Positions 1 to 7,598 of a DNA stretch of 31,900 bases are shown here, one piece after another. The stretch's first letter is position 1, and the number at the start of each line of letters is the position of its first letter. The notes under the pieces are model-generated. The model did no database searches. It had not been told where the DNA came from and saw nothing but the letters and a program-made list of their open reading frames with translations. This DNA comes from a virus (taxonomy: Duplodnaviria > Caudoviricetes), in the IMG/VR virus record IMGVR_UViG_3300025018_000389, positions 1 to 31,900 of that record. One strand, written 5' to 3'. The position numbers and the translations under genes are program-made.

Positions 1-246
1 CCAGTTGATTTGAGATCCACTTTGGATATAAAAAAATTTAGTTGTTCCGTCATCTTGTCTCTCGTTCACAATATGAGTTTGACCAGAACATCTATATCCG
101 TTTTTACATTCACACCCAAAATCTTTCCGTAGACCATTTATGCGCGCATTATATTGAGTTATTTTTGCTTCAAATGCGAGAGTTGATGGGTGAACACCAT
201 CGGGATGATTTTTGAGAATGGTTAGTATCTTCTGCTCCTGTGTCAT
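1..246 (-). CDS. Winged-helix/HTH DNA-binding protein (partial, runs off window start)
   Basis: Not in the ORF track. Hand translation from ATG 246: MTQEQKILTILKNHPDGVHPSTLAFEAKITQYNARINGLRKDFG..., resembling phage wHTH proteins. ATGA overlap with the upstream gene stop. Confidence 0.6.
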   Translation of the reverse strand, partial: MTQEQKILTILKNHPDGVHPSTLAFEAKITQYNARINGLRKDFGCECKNGYRCSGQTHIVNERQDDGTTKFFYIQSGSQINW

Positions 247-707
247 AAAAATTTCAAATAACTTTTATTGTTGTACACACTCCACGCATGATATCCATTC
301 CATGAATTTCTTATCTCTTTTGCAATTTTTATGCTCGTCTCACAATCATAAAAATCTGCATTCGGATATTTATTCCGATGTATATCATTTATCTGGAATA
401 GTCCGTGATCATACGTTCCATTATTATTTTCGACATATGACCTCTTCCCGCAACTTAGCCCACTTTCAGCAGTTGCAATAGCAATAGCCATTTTGCATTC
501 TTCTCCAAACTCTCTACAAATCAGATCGCGGATTTCGGATTGTGAGTATACTTTCTTCTCCATTTTTTTAGGAGGATTCAAGCGCTCTTCAACCTGATGA
601 ACGACCTCATATACACCGCTTATCTCGTATACTTCGATTTGGGATGCAAATACAATATTTGCAGTGCTAAAAAGAAGCGCGATAATAATTGGTAATATGA
701 TTTTCAT
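243..707 (-). CDS. Lytic transglycosylase (SLT/lysozyme-like) with N-terminal signal or membrane anchor
   Basis: AIATAESGL (catalytic Glu), DHGLFQIN motif and hydrophobic N-terminus MKIILPIIIALLFSTA. Confidence 0.85.
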   Translation of the reverse strand: MKIILPIIIALLFSTANIVFASQIEVYEISGVYEVVHQVEERLNPPKKMEKKVYSQSEIRDLICREFGEECKMAIAIATAESGLSCGKRSYVENNNGTYDHGLFQINDIHRNKYPNADFYDCETSIKIAKEIRNSWNGYHAWSVYNNKSYLKFL

Positions 708-1429
708 GTTCGTTTGTAAAATACAGCAAAATAATATTTAACCTTTGCCTCATCATTTGATAGTTTTAAAAAGGGCTCATAATCGGTAAGGTATGAAACA
801 GTTGAGTCGGTTTTTGTTCCAGGATTTTTCTTATAGAAGTCAAGCCATCTTTTTTTTAGATCTTCAGATAAAGAAATCTTCAAGTATTCCGCATGTCTAA
901 ATGCCTTATCTTGCCAATCTTTTGTGATTCCGGTACTTTTAGGTATTTTTTCTAAATCTTTCTTTTTTTTATTCAGAGTTTCACTCAATGGGGAATTTGA
1001 AAAATTCCCATTATTCTTTTCTATTCTATTCATTTCTATTCTATTCATTTCTATTCTATTAGGAGTGAACGTTCCATGATCGTTCAATGAACGTTCAATG
1101 AATGGTGGATATTTGCTCTCTGACGGTCTATTTATCTTCTGATACTTCGTCCAATTCCTCAATTGTATGTATTCTTTGCCATCAACCTCATATAAAAGTA
1201 CTGATTTCATTTTTTTCAGTATTTCTCCTCTAATATTTAGAGATTCATTTTTTTCAAGGTCTTTCCAAGGAAAAATCACAGACGATAAATAAAGAGAGTT
1301 TCCAGGTAATCTTCCCTCATCATCTGCATTACTCATAATCCCGATATACATGACCATCGCCTGATATGTTAATGTGCCAAAGTCTTCATCAGCCCATATT
1401 GTAGGATCAAGCATTCTTTTACGAGCCAT
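704..1429 (-). CDS. Phage replication initiator (replisome organiser-like)
   Basis: N-terminus MARKRMLDPTIWADEDF...NADDEGR...NWTKYQKINRPS is typical of phage replication proteins. Central NRIEM repeat linker and internal DNA repeats. Confidence 0.8.
   Translation of the reverse strand: MARKRMLDPTIWADEDFGTLTYQAMVMYIGIMSNADDEGRLPGNSLYLSSVIFPWKDLEKNESLNIRGEILKKMKSVLLYEVDGKEYIQLRNWTKYQKINRPSESKYPPFIERSLNDHGTFTPNRIEMNRIEMNRIEKNNGNFSNSPLSETLNKKKKDLEKIPKSTGITKDWQDKAFRHAEYLKISLSEDLKKRWLDFYKKNPGTKTDSTVSYLTDYEPFLKLSNDEAKVKYYFAVFYKRT
1021..1104. repeat. Putative replication origin: 11-bp iterons plus 15-bp AT-rich tandem repeats inside the initiator gene
   Basis: GTGAACGTTCC (1065), ATGATCGTTCA (1076), ATGAACGTTCA (1087), partial ATGAATG (1098). 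CTATTCTATTCATTT about 2.7 copies at 1021-1060. Confidence 0.6.
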
Positions 1430-1443
1430 AGTTTTTTATTTGC

Positions 1444-1600
1444 TTGTCGCCTACAATTCGCAGATAGCAGTTCGATTATTCGAAAAACTTATCCGCGACT
1501 TACAAGCGACAAACTTAATTTTTAAAGTACTACCGTCGTCCCCACGCGGCAGAACTTTGCCCCTTAGTCTCACGATTAAGGGGCTTTAAGCTTGCAGAAC
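1444..1600 (-). ncRNA. Structured intergenic RNA/leader upstream of the replication initiator
   Basis: Long hairpin 1444-1512 with 4 G-U pairs on the minus strand, GNRA-capped (GUGA) hairpin 1559-1584, small hairpin 1532-1550. Confidence 0.5.
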
Positions 1601-1830
1601 TAATTGTTAATACTTCGTGATCTATCCAACTCCTTTTTACTAACCTGAAATTTATAAATCATCTCCTTGTTTCGTATCGTGTACATCTTCACTGGCATAG
1701 TCTCCTCATTTTTTACTATTTGACAGGCTATGCAAAGCGCCTCTCCTCGAATCCTTGTACCGTTAAACCACATGGCGTAAGATATTCTTTCACTGCACCT
1801 ATCACACTTATATGATTTAATCTCATTCAT
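1600..1830 (-). CDS. Small C4 zinc-finger protein
   Basis: CDRC...CIAC. Start moved to ATG 1830, giving an ATGA overlap with the ERF stop. Confidence 0.6.
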   Translation of the reverse strand: MNEIKSYKCDRCSERISYAMWFNGTRIRGEALCIACQIVKNEETMPVKMYTIRNKEMIYKFQVSKKELDRSRSINN

Positions 1831-2384
1831 ACAATGTCCCCCTTCTGATACTTTTTTCTGCAATTAAAGCAATATGTTTTCCCAAAAATCTTATTGCTCT
1901 CTTCAACAACTTGATCAGATAGCCCCTTTATAGAGCAACCTTGCTCCTGACAATCTTTTGAAAGTCCTGTAGATGTCTTTTGTGGTACTGCACTTTTTGG
2001 CGATGGCTTTGAAGCTTGCGCGCCGTCATCATCTTCGGCTGGTAAAAGGACCATGCTCTGCAAGCCGTAGCGCTTTGCGTATGTGATAGCAGATCCCAAA
2101 GCTTGTGGATTATGCTCATCCTTTGATACGATCGGGGTACTGCTTGAGAACCATTCGCCACTTACATGAATAAGTACAGTTTCCACAGTCATTCCCTCAA
2201 TTGGCTGAAGTATTGTAATTTCTTCTGCGTTCAACTTATCTTTGCACGCATCAATAACTGCCTTATGAGAAGCAAAGGTATTTCCGAAATGTGGATTCTT
2301 AGCATCTTTTATCGCAGAGTCAATTTTCTTCTGCGCGCTTAGAAATGCTTCCGTTATTTTTACAATCGATTCAGATGTTTTCAT
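1827..2384 (-). CDS. ERF-family ssDNA-annealing protein with C-terminal zinc finger
   Basis: KDAKNPHF and QALGSAITYAKRYGL...EDDDG ERF signature. C-terminal C..C...CFNC. Confidence 0.9.
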   Translation of the reverse strand: MKTSESIVKITEAFLSAQKKIDSAIKDAKNPHFGNTFASHKAVIDACKDKLNAEEITILQPIEGMTVETVLIHVSGEWFSSSTPIVSKDEHNPQALGSAITYAKRYGLQSMVLLPAEDDDGAQASKPSPKSAVPQKTSTGLSKDCQEQGCSIKGLSDQVVEESNKIFGKTYCFNCRKKYQKGDIV

Positions 2385-2538
2385 GTAATCTATTCAAATT
2401 ACTAACATGTTTCTTCATTTTTTCTTCCCATTCATCGATACCATTCCATAGATTGTTTATTTTCTCCTCAATGACATCAAGCTCTTTTTTCTGATCTTTG
2501 AGAAAGTTGAGGTAATCATTCATTTCTTTGGTGTTCAT
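2371..2538 (-). CDS. Hypothetical 55-aa coiled-coil protein
   Basis: Not in the track. MNTKEMNDYLNFLKDQKKELDVIEEKINNLW... fills the gap and overlaps both neighbours. Confidence 0.55.
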   Translation of the reverse strand: MNTKEMNDYLNFLKDQKKELDVIEEKINNLWNGIDEWEEKMKKHVSNLNRLHENI

Positions 2539-2777
2539 AGAATTGCTCCTTCGGCTGGTGCATTTTTCCCTGCCTGAACTTCTAAGTCATTAAACACGTA
2601 TCTTATGTTTTTAAAGCATGATGCGATGCTATTTACCATAATGACCTTATCAATTGGATCATCGGCATTCATCATCTCGTAGGCAATATCAATACCTGCC
2701 TCGATCTCGGTGTTGATTTTTTCCTTAAAATCTGTTAAATTTGTCATACATTTTTCTGAAATTTCTAATATAAGCAT
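2535..2777 (-). CDS. Hypothetical protein
   Basis: ORF in the tightly packed early operon. Start codon uncertain. Confidence 0.55.
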   Translation of the reverse strand: MLILEISEKCMTNLTDFKEKINTEIEAGIDIAYEMMNADDPIDKVIMVNSIASCFKNIRYVFNDLEVQAGKNAPAEGAIL

Positions 2778-2794
2778 TCTTTACAAGAGGATGC

Positions 2795-3034
2795 TTATTT
2801 TTTTATAGACACAGTAAACTTTCCTTCTTTCCGGATTTTTTCTATATTAAATCCCTCAAGTTCTCGGTAATCCTCATGTGCCACTCTCAGTGCATTTGCA
2901 TACGCTTTAACGCGTGGCTTAACATACAAAGATATTCCTAATATTCCTACAAATATTCCTCCTATTAAAAATCCAATAAGATATTCCTTTGTAGTTTTAA
3001 TTTTGTTTTTGATATTACTCATGTATATATTCAC
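2795..3034 (-). CDS. Hypothetical single-TM membrane protein
   Basis: Hydrophobic segment YLIGFLIGGIFVGILGISLYV. Confidence 0.6.
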   Translation of the reverse strand: MNIYMSNIKNKIKTTKEYLIGFLIGGIFVGILGISLYVKPRVKAYANALRVAHEDYRELEGFNIEKIRKEGKFTVSIKK

Positions 3035-3195
3035 CCCCTCAATCCTTGTAAACTTCTAAACTGCGTATATGTAATCTTTTCTGAGACAAACTGACCCTTA
3101 TCATTTCTTTTAAATCTATCTTCTATTTGATCAATACAGACATAAATGAATGAAATGATTGTTATGGATAAAATAGTGATTGATATAGGGCTCAT
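3031..3195 (-). CDS. Hypothetical 54-aa membrane-anchored protein
   Basis: Not in the track. MSPISITILSITIISFIYVCIDQIEDRFKRNDKGQF... fills the gap exactly. Confidence 0.5.
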   Translation of the reverse strand: MSPISITILSITIISFIYVCIDQIEDRFKRNDKGQFVSEKITYTQFRSLQGLRG

Positions 3196-3196
3196 G

Positions 3197-3415
3197 TTAT
3201 TTTTCAGTTGAATAACGAGTAATATGTCGTGATAGATTTTTCTGATGAACTTTCACAACATCTGCAATATCGGTCCAACCCATACCACGTCTGTGAAGAC
3301 GAACTGCAATATCTGCAGTTATCTGATTTTTTATAGAAGAAAATAAACGATTGAAGGAGGTGTTGGTGGCCTGTGAGATTTTGAATTTTTCTGTGGTATA
3401 ATTTCGCAAATTCAT
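3197..3415 (-). CDS. Small HTH protein (Cro/excisionase-like position)
   Basis: AVRLHRRGMGWTDIADVVKVHQKNLSRHI is an HTH pattern. First gene of the leftward operon. Confidence 0.65.
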   Translation of the reverse strand: MNLRNYTTEKFKISQATNTSFNRLFSSIKNQITADIAVRLHRRGMGWTDIADVVKVHQKNLSRHITRYSTEK

Positions 3416-3450
3416 ATTATTTTTATATGTTTGCGTGAAGAGTTGTGAAG

Positions 3451-3488
3451 AAAAAAAAGACTTCCCTTTTACCTAAAGGAAAGTCTTT
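3451..3488 (-). terminator. Intrinsic terminator/attenuator in the leader of the early operon
   Basis: Minus strand AAGACUUUCCUUU...AAAGGGAAGUCUU stem (one G-U) followed by a U-run. The upstream GGAAAGUC is complementary to its 5' arm. Confidence 0.75.
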
Positions 3489-3597
3489 CGTGAGTGTGAC
3501 CCCAAGGGGGGTCATACCCGCGACTTTCCAGAAGTAAAATGAGCTTTTTTCTCTTCTATAGCTCTAAACACGCAGACTAATTTTCAATGATGATTTT

Positions 3598-3626
3598 AAT
3601 ATATCAGAAAATTATGCCCCTGTCAA
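3598..3626 (-). promoter_or_regulatory. Leftward sigma70 promoter
   Basis: TTGACA (3626-3621), 17-bp spacer, TATATT (3603-3598). Confidence 0.75.
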
Positions 3627-3633
3627 TCCACAT

Positions 3634-3650
3634 TTGCGGTATATACGCAA
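3634..3650. promoter_or_regulatory. Imperfect palindrome, possible operator between the divergent units
   Basis: TTGCG-GTATATA-CGCAA immediately upstream of the leftward -35. Confidence 0.35.
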
Positions 3651-3717
3651 GCTATACACATAACATACATATAATTTTAAGTTTTCGAGTTAAGTTGTGC
3701 TAAACTCGAACCCTAAA

Positions 3718-4734
3718 ATGAAACATACTTTTGTTGAATTTTATTCAAAATTTGTCATATTCCTTGAGGACGAGTACCATGTATCGCCCACTTCATTTAT
3801 AAAAAGCGCTTGTAAGTACCTTTTTTTGCATTTTTCAATTAATAAAATAGATAGCAAGTTACTTCGAGATATTTTATATACGCTAAGAACAGAAGGAAGA
3901 AATGGAAAAAAAATCGGAAAATCAACCCTAAATAAGTACATTCAAGTTGCAAAGTATATGGATCGATACTTTGAATACAATCTTCTTGCAGATTTTAGAG
4001 GATACAGAAACGTTGAGTCAAAAAAAGAGAAGATCATCATGTCCGATAAGCAGATGAAAGCTATTGCCGAGTGCTATGTGTCAAAGCCAGGATGTGTCAA
4101 GCATTCAGAATATGAGCTGGCATATAACCACAAGTTTAAGACAATATTTCAGCTTCTCAGGTTTTCAGGAATGCCGCCTGATGATGTGTGTTGTCTTACC
4201 TGGAGTAATTATCATGGAACACATCTTTCGGTATACAGAAATAAAACAGGAAAAAAAAGAATTGTTCCCCTTCCTGAGTTTGTCTCAAAGATGTTTGACC
4301 AGATGGAAAGATACGATAATGAATATATTTTCGGATCAGCGCGTGGAAAGTTGAAGCCCGCGACAATTAACCTTGAACTGAAAAAAAGACTGAAAAAGCT
4401 GAAAATGAATGAATCAATAACTGCATATAATTTTCGATATTCATTCGATACGTTGTGCGCTCTTGGTGGCGGTGAGGCAACGCTTCCACAAATTGCAAAA
4501 ATCTCAGGGCATAGTATTAGCACTATGTACAAATATTACCTACAGTATGACGTTCAAAATCTTGCAGATGCACTGGACTCATCCCATCCAGGTCTTAGAA
4601 AGTATCAATCAATAGATGCAATGAAGCGCGTCGCAATTGAAGTACTTAAAAAAATAGTAGATATGAGCAAATACAACATTCACTTGGAAATAACCTACAA
4701 GGAAAAGCATACCCGTGAAATCACCTTATCATGA
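3718..4734 (+). CDS. Tyrosine recombinase/integrase-family protein with atypical catalytic residues
   Basis: KSTLNKY core-binding region, LLRFSGMPPDD (box I), NKTG, TAYNFRYSF and ISGHS...YKYY. ATG 3718 preferred over GTG 3697. Confidence 0.85.
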   Translation: MKHTFVEFYSKFVIFLEDEYHVSPTSFIKSACKYLFLHFSINKIDSKLLRDILYTLRTEGRNGKKIGKSTLNKYIQVAKYMDRYFEYNLLADFRGYRNVESKKEKIIMSDKQMKAIAECYVSKPGCVKHSEYELAYNHKFKTIFQLLRFSGMPPDDVCCLTWSNYHGTHLSVYRNKTGKKRIVPLPEFVSKMFDQMERYDNEYIFGSARGKLKPATINLELKKRLKKLKMNESITAYNFRYSFDTLCALGGGEATLPQIAKISGHSISTMYKYYLQYDVQNLADALDSSHPGLRKYQSIDAMKRVAIEVLKKIVDMSKYNIHLEITYKEKHTREITLS

Positions 4735-4743
4735 TGGTATAAT
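4715..4743 (+). promoter_or_regulatory. Sigma70 promoter with extended -10
   Basis: GTGAAA (4715), 17-bp spacer, TATAAT (4738) with TG at 4735. Confidence 0.6.
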
Positions 4744-4842
4744 AGAGACGCAGAGCTGAACTTATGAATAAGTGAATACAAAAAAACAGCCACCTTATAA
4801 CACATATACTCTCTCCTTCATTAGCACTTCATATATCTTCAT

Positions 4843-5055
4843 ATGAACTCAGGATCACTCATAATCTGCCCTATTTGCCGAGATAAAAAGCCTGTTCTTG
4901 GTCGTCTCACAGAAACTGGTCAATTTGTCATACTTCGCTTCCATCATGGTACAACTGTTATATCTTCAAGCGAGTTTTCTATTATGTGCGGATGTGGGTA
5001 TACAGTGAATGTATCTCATGGATCAGTAATTACAAGTACTCCCCTATCGTCATGA
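4843..5055 (+). CDS. Small zinc-ribbon protein, Mu Com-like
   Basis: ICPIC...VLGR...IMCGCG in 70 aa. First gene of the rightward unit. Confidence 0.55.
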   Translation: MNSGSLIICPICRDKKPVLGRLTETGQFVILRFHHGTTVISSSEFSIMCGCGYTVNVSHGSVITSTPLSS

Positions 5056-5891
5056 ACAAACGTGCACTTGTCACGGGATCATCTGGCTTTATCGGGTCGC
5101 ATCTTGTGGCTCGGCTTAAAAAAGAAGGATTTGAAGTAATAAAAATACCGCACAATAATTTGAAATCTATCCATTATTTAAGGGGATATATGGAGGCAAT
5201 CAATCCTCAGTATATATTTCATTTCGCCGCATACGGCAATATGTCACACCAAAAGGATGAAAATGAAATGGTGCAAGCAAATTATATAAACACGTACAAT
5301 CTTTTGCAGGCAACAAAGAGATTGCCCTACGTACTTTTTGTTAATTGCTCAACGTCCTCAGTATACGGACGCACTTATCGCAAGATGAAGGAAATACATA
5401 GATTAAAGCCCGACACGCTATACGCTGCAACAAAAGCAGGAGCTGAGTATTTGTGTCGGTATTTTCGTAAAAACTATCACAAGGTTATTGTCAACATACG
5501 CCCATTCTCAGTATATGGTCCAGGGGAAGCAGACTTTAGATTTATTCCAACGCTCATAAAAAATGACGATAAAAATATTGCAAGCGAAGTCATAAATGGA
5601 AATCACGACTGGATATATATAGATGATTTTATAAACGGCGTCATGAAGATTGTCGAAAATTCGGGATTTTTGCCTCATCGAACATTTAATATCGGTACAG
5701 GAAGGATGACAAGTAATGAGCAAGTTGCAAAAATGATAACAAAAGACTACAACTTGTCGCCTGAGGTAAAAATACAAGATAGTGAGATGTGGGTCGCAGA
5801 TACTGAGCGGATAGCTTCACTCAATTGGCAACCAACAACTGAGCTTGCGGAAGGAATAGAAATTGTAAAAAAACATGAGATCCCTGCATAA
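5052..5891 (+). CDS. NAD-dependent NDP-sugar epimerase/dehydratase/reductase (extended SDR)
   Basis: VTGSSGFIG, STSSVYG, YAATK, RPFSVYGP, DWIYIDD and FNIGTG. Start at ATG 5052 (ATGA overlap). Confidence 0.92.
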   Translation: MNKRALVTGSSGFIGSHLVARLKKEGFEVIKIPHNNLKSIHYLRGYMEAINPQYIFHFAAYGNMSHQKDENEMVQANYINTYNLLQATKRLPYVLFVNCSTSSVYGRTYRKMKEIHRLKPDTLYAATKAGAEYLCRYFRKNYHKVIVNIRPFSVYGPGEADFRFIPTLIKNDDKNIASEVINGNHDWIYIDDFINGVMKIVENSGFLPHRTFNIGTGRMTSNEQVAKMITKDYNLSPEVKIQDSEMWVADTERIASLNWQPTTELAEGIEIVKKHEIPA

Positions 5892-6507
5892 AAGAATAAT
5901 TGACATATCATATCGTTTGGGACTATCACACATAGGAAGTAATCTTACAGCAGTAGATATCATTGATCGCATATACAACGAGCGCGGATATAACGATCCA
6001 TTCATACTGTCCAGTGGTCATGCGGGACTTGCATTGTATGTCGTGCTCGAAAAGTATGAGGGAAAAGACGCAGAAGAGCTATTTCACAAATATGGAGTAC
6101 ACCCAGAGCGAAGTATTGAAGATCGCATATACTGCTCAACTGGATCTCTCGGTCATGGAATAGGAATCGCAGTCGGGATGGCACTGTCTGATAGGTCGCG
6201 GGCAGTACACGTGCTTCTCTCAGACGGCGAATGTGCAGAGGGATCAGTATTTGAAGCATTCAATATCATAAGAGAGCAAAAGCTCGGAAATATGAAGGTG
6301 CATATCAATTTCAACTCGTATGGAGCATATCGGAGGATTTTTATTCGATCAATATACCCGCTCACGCAAATTATCGAATCATCGTGTGACCTGAAAGTAC
6401 ATAATACGAAGTTTTTACCTGTCCCATATATGACTGGACTACAAGCGCATTATCATGTGTTGAATGAGAAGGAATATAACCAATTGATGAATATTTATGA
6501 GACGTGA
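5875..6507 (+). CDS. Transketolase-like N-terminal (TPP-binding) subunit
   Basis: SHIGS, FILSSGH, STGSLGHG and SDGECAEG...N TPP motif. Confidence 0.92.
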   Translation: MRSLHKRIIDISYRLGLSHIGSNLTAVDIIDRIYNERGYNDPFILSSGHAGLALYVVLEKYEGKDAEELFHKYGVHPERSIEDRIYCSTGSLGHGIGIAVGMALSDRSRAVHVLLSDGECAEGSVFEAFNIIREQKLGNMKVHINFNSYGAYRRIFIRSIYPLTQIIESSCDLKVHNTKFLPVPYMTGLQAHYHVLNEKEYNQLMNIYET

Positions 6508-6973
6508 TTTTTTTGAATATCTGTATAACAAAATGAATGAAGACGATAGGATATATGCAATAGCAATTGATCTCGGATATGGAGGATTTGATCTTATTGC
6601 TCAACACCATGAAAAGAGATTTATAAATACAGGGGCAGCAGAGCAAGCAGCGCTCGACATGGCATGCGGTCTTGCAATTGATGGGAAGATCCCTTTTGTA
6701 TATTCAATTACACCATTTCTTTTATATCGTGGATTTGAAACGATACGCACATATATAAATCATGAGAAGTTGAATGTGAAACTTATTGGATCGGGAAGAG
6801 ATGGCGATTATAAGCATGATGGATTTTCACACTTTGCAGGAGATGATGATATGTTTATAAAGAACTTCGAGAATGTGAAATCGTTTTGGCCGGATGATGC
6901 CGAAGAGATGAAAAGAATCGTTGATCAGATGATTGATGATGAAAATCCTTATTATTTGAATTTGAAGAGATGA
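6497..6973 (+). CDS. Transketolase-like pyrimidine-binding subunit (short)
   Basis: DLGYG, RFINTGAAEQ, GLAIDGKIPFVY, GFSH and PYYLNL. Confidence 0.9.
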   Translation: MRRDFFEYLYNKMNEDDRIYAIAIDLGYGGFDLIAQHHEKRFINTGAAEQAALDMACGLAIDGKIPFVYSITPFLLYRGFETIRTYINHEKLNVKLIGSGRDGDYKHDGFSHFAGDDDMFIKNFENVKSFWPDDAEEMKRIVDQMIDDENPYYLNLKR

Positions 6974-7125
6974 AAGAGCATAGGCACAAATTTGTAAAAA
7001 AAATAATTGATAAAAAAGGCAAAGCTAAGGTAGAAATAACCATCTGTTCTTGTGGATATCTAAAGCAATATAATGCATGGGATACAGAAGGAACGCATAG
7101 AGTTATAATCGGCGAGATTGAATAA
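6970..7125 (+). CDS. Hypothetical 51-aa protein with HxH...CxC possible metal site
   Basis: Not in the track. MKEHRHKFVKK...ITICSCGYLK..., with an ATGA overlap with the previous stop. Confidence 0.5.
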   Translation: MKEHRHKFVKKIIDKKGKAKVEITICSCGYLKQYNAWDTEGTHRVIIGEIE

Positions 7126-7223
7126 AGACGAGTAAAATCATATAATAGAATAGAACCAGACGTACAGAGCTGGCACGCGGGGAGAATTAGAAGTCACCGA
7201 GATTATCAAGGTGACTTTTTTTT
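7118..7223 (+). promoter_or_regulatory. Repeated late leader, copy A (promoter, hairpin, AGAAG, terminator) before terS
   Basis: TTGAAT-17-TATAAT; CCAG-acgtacagag-CTGG-CA; AGAAG; AAGTCACC/GGTGACTT stem with the T-run abutting ATG 7224. Confidence 0.8.
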
Positions 7224-7598
7224 ATGAAGTATTTTAAGTATTCTCCCGAAAGAGTTGAGGAAATCTGCAAGTACATATCTGAGGGGCTGTCCCAGAAGGA
7301 CGCCGCCATCCTCTCTGGTATCGGTGAATCTACTTTATATTATTGGAAATCTGAAAGCAAAGAAAATCCTAGCCCTCTTTCTGAAAAAGATAGACTAGCC
7401 CTACTAGAGTCATTAAAAAGGGCAGAAGCTGAAAATAAAAGACGGCACATAATAAATATCGACACGGCAAGTAATAAATCATGGCAAGCCTCGGCATGGT
7501 GGCTTGAAAGAAAATACAAGGATGAATTTGCAGTAAGAAGTGAAGTCACAGGAGGAGACGGCGAGAAATTGCAGATCGTTCTCGACATGCCGAAATAA
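7224..7598 (+). CDS. terS: Terminase small subunit
   Basis: N-terminal HTH, SWQASAWWLER motif, EVTGGDG tail. Directly upstream of TerL. Confidence 0.85.
   Translation: MKYFKYSPERVEEICKYISEGLSQKDAAILSGIGESTLYYWKSESKENPSPLSEKDRLALLESLKRAEAENKRRHIINIDTASNKSWQASAWWLERKYKDEFAVRSEVTGGDGEKLQIVLDMPK

Noticed and set aside
1374-1589. 71-aa plus-strand ORF over the structured intergenic region
   Set aside because: Antisense to the operon and overlapping the rep start. The RNA structure explains the region better.
5875-6973. Transketolase as a pentose-phosphate auxiliary metabolic gene
   Set aside because: Its split, shortened form and coupling to an NDP-sugar SDR favour glycan biosynthesis.
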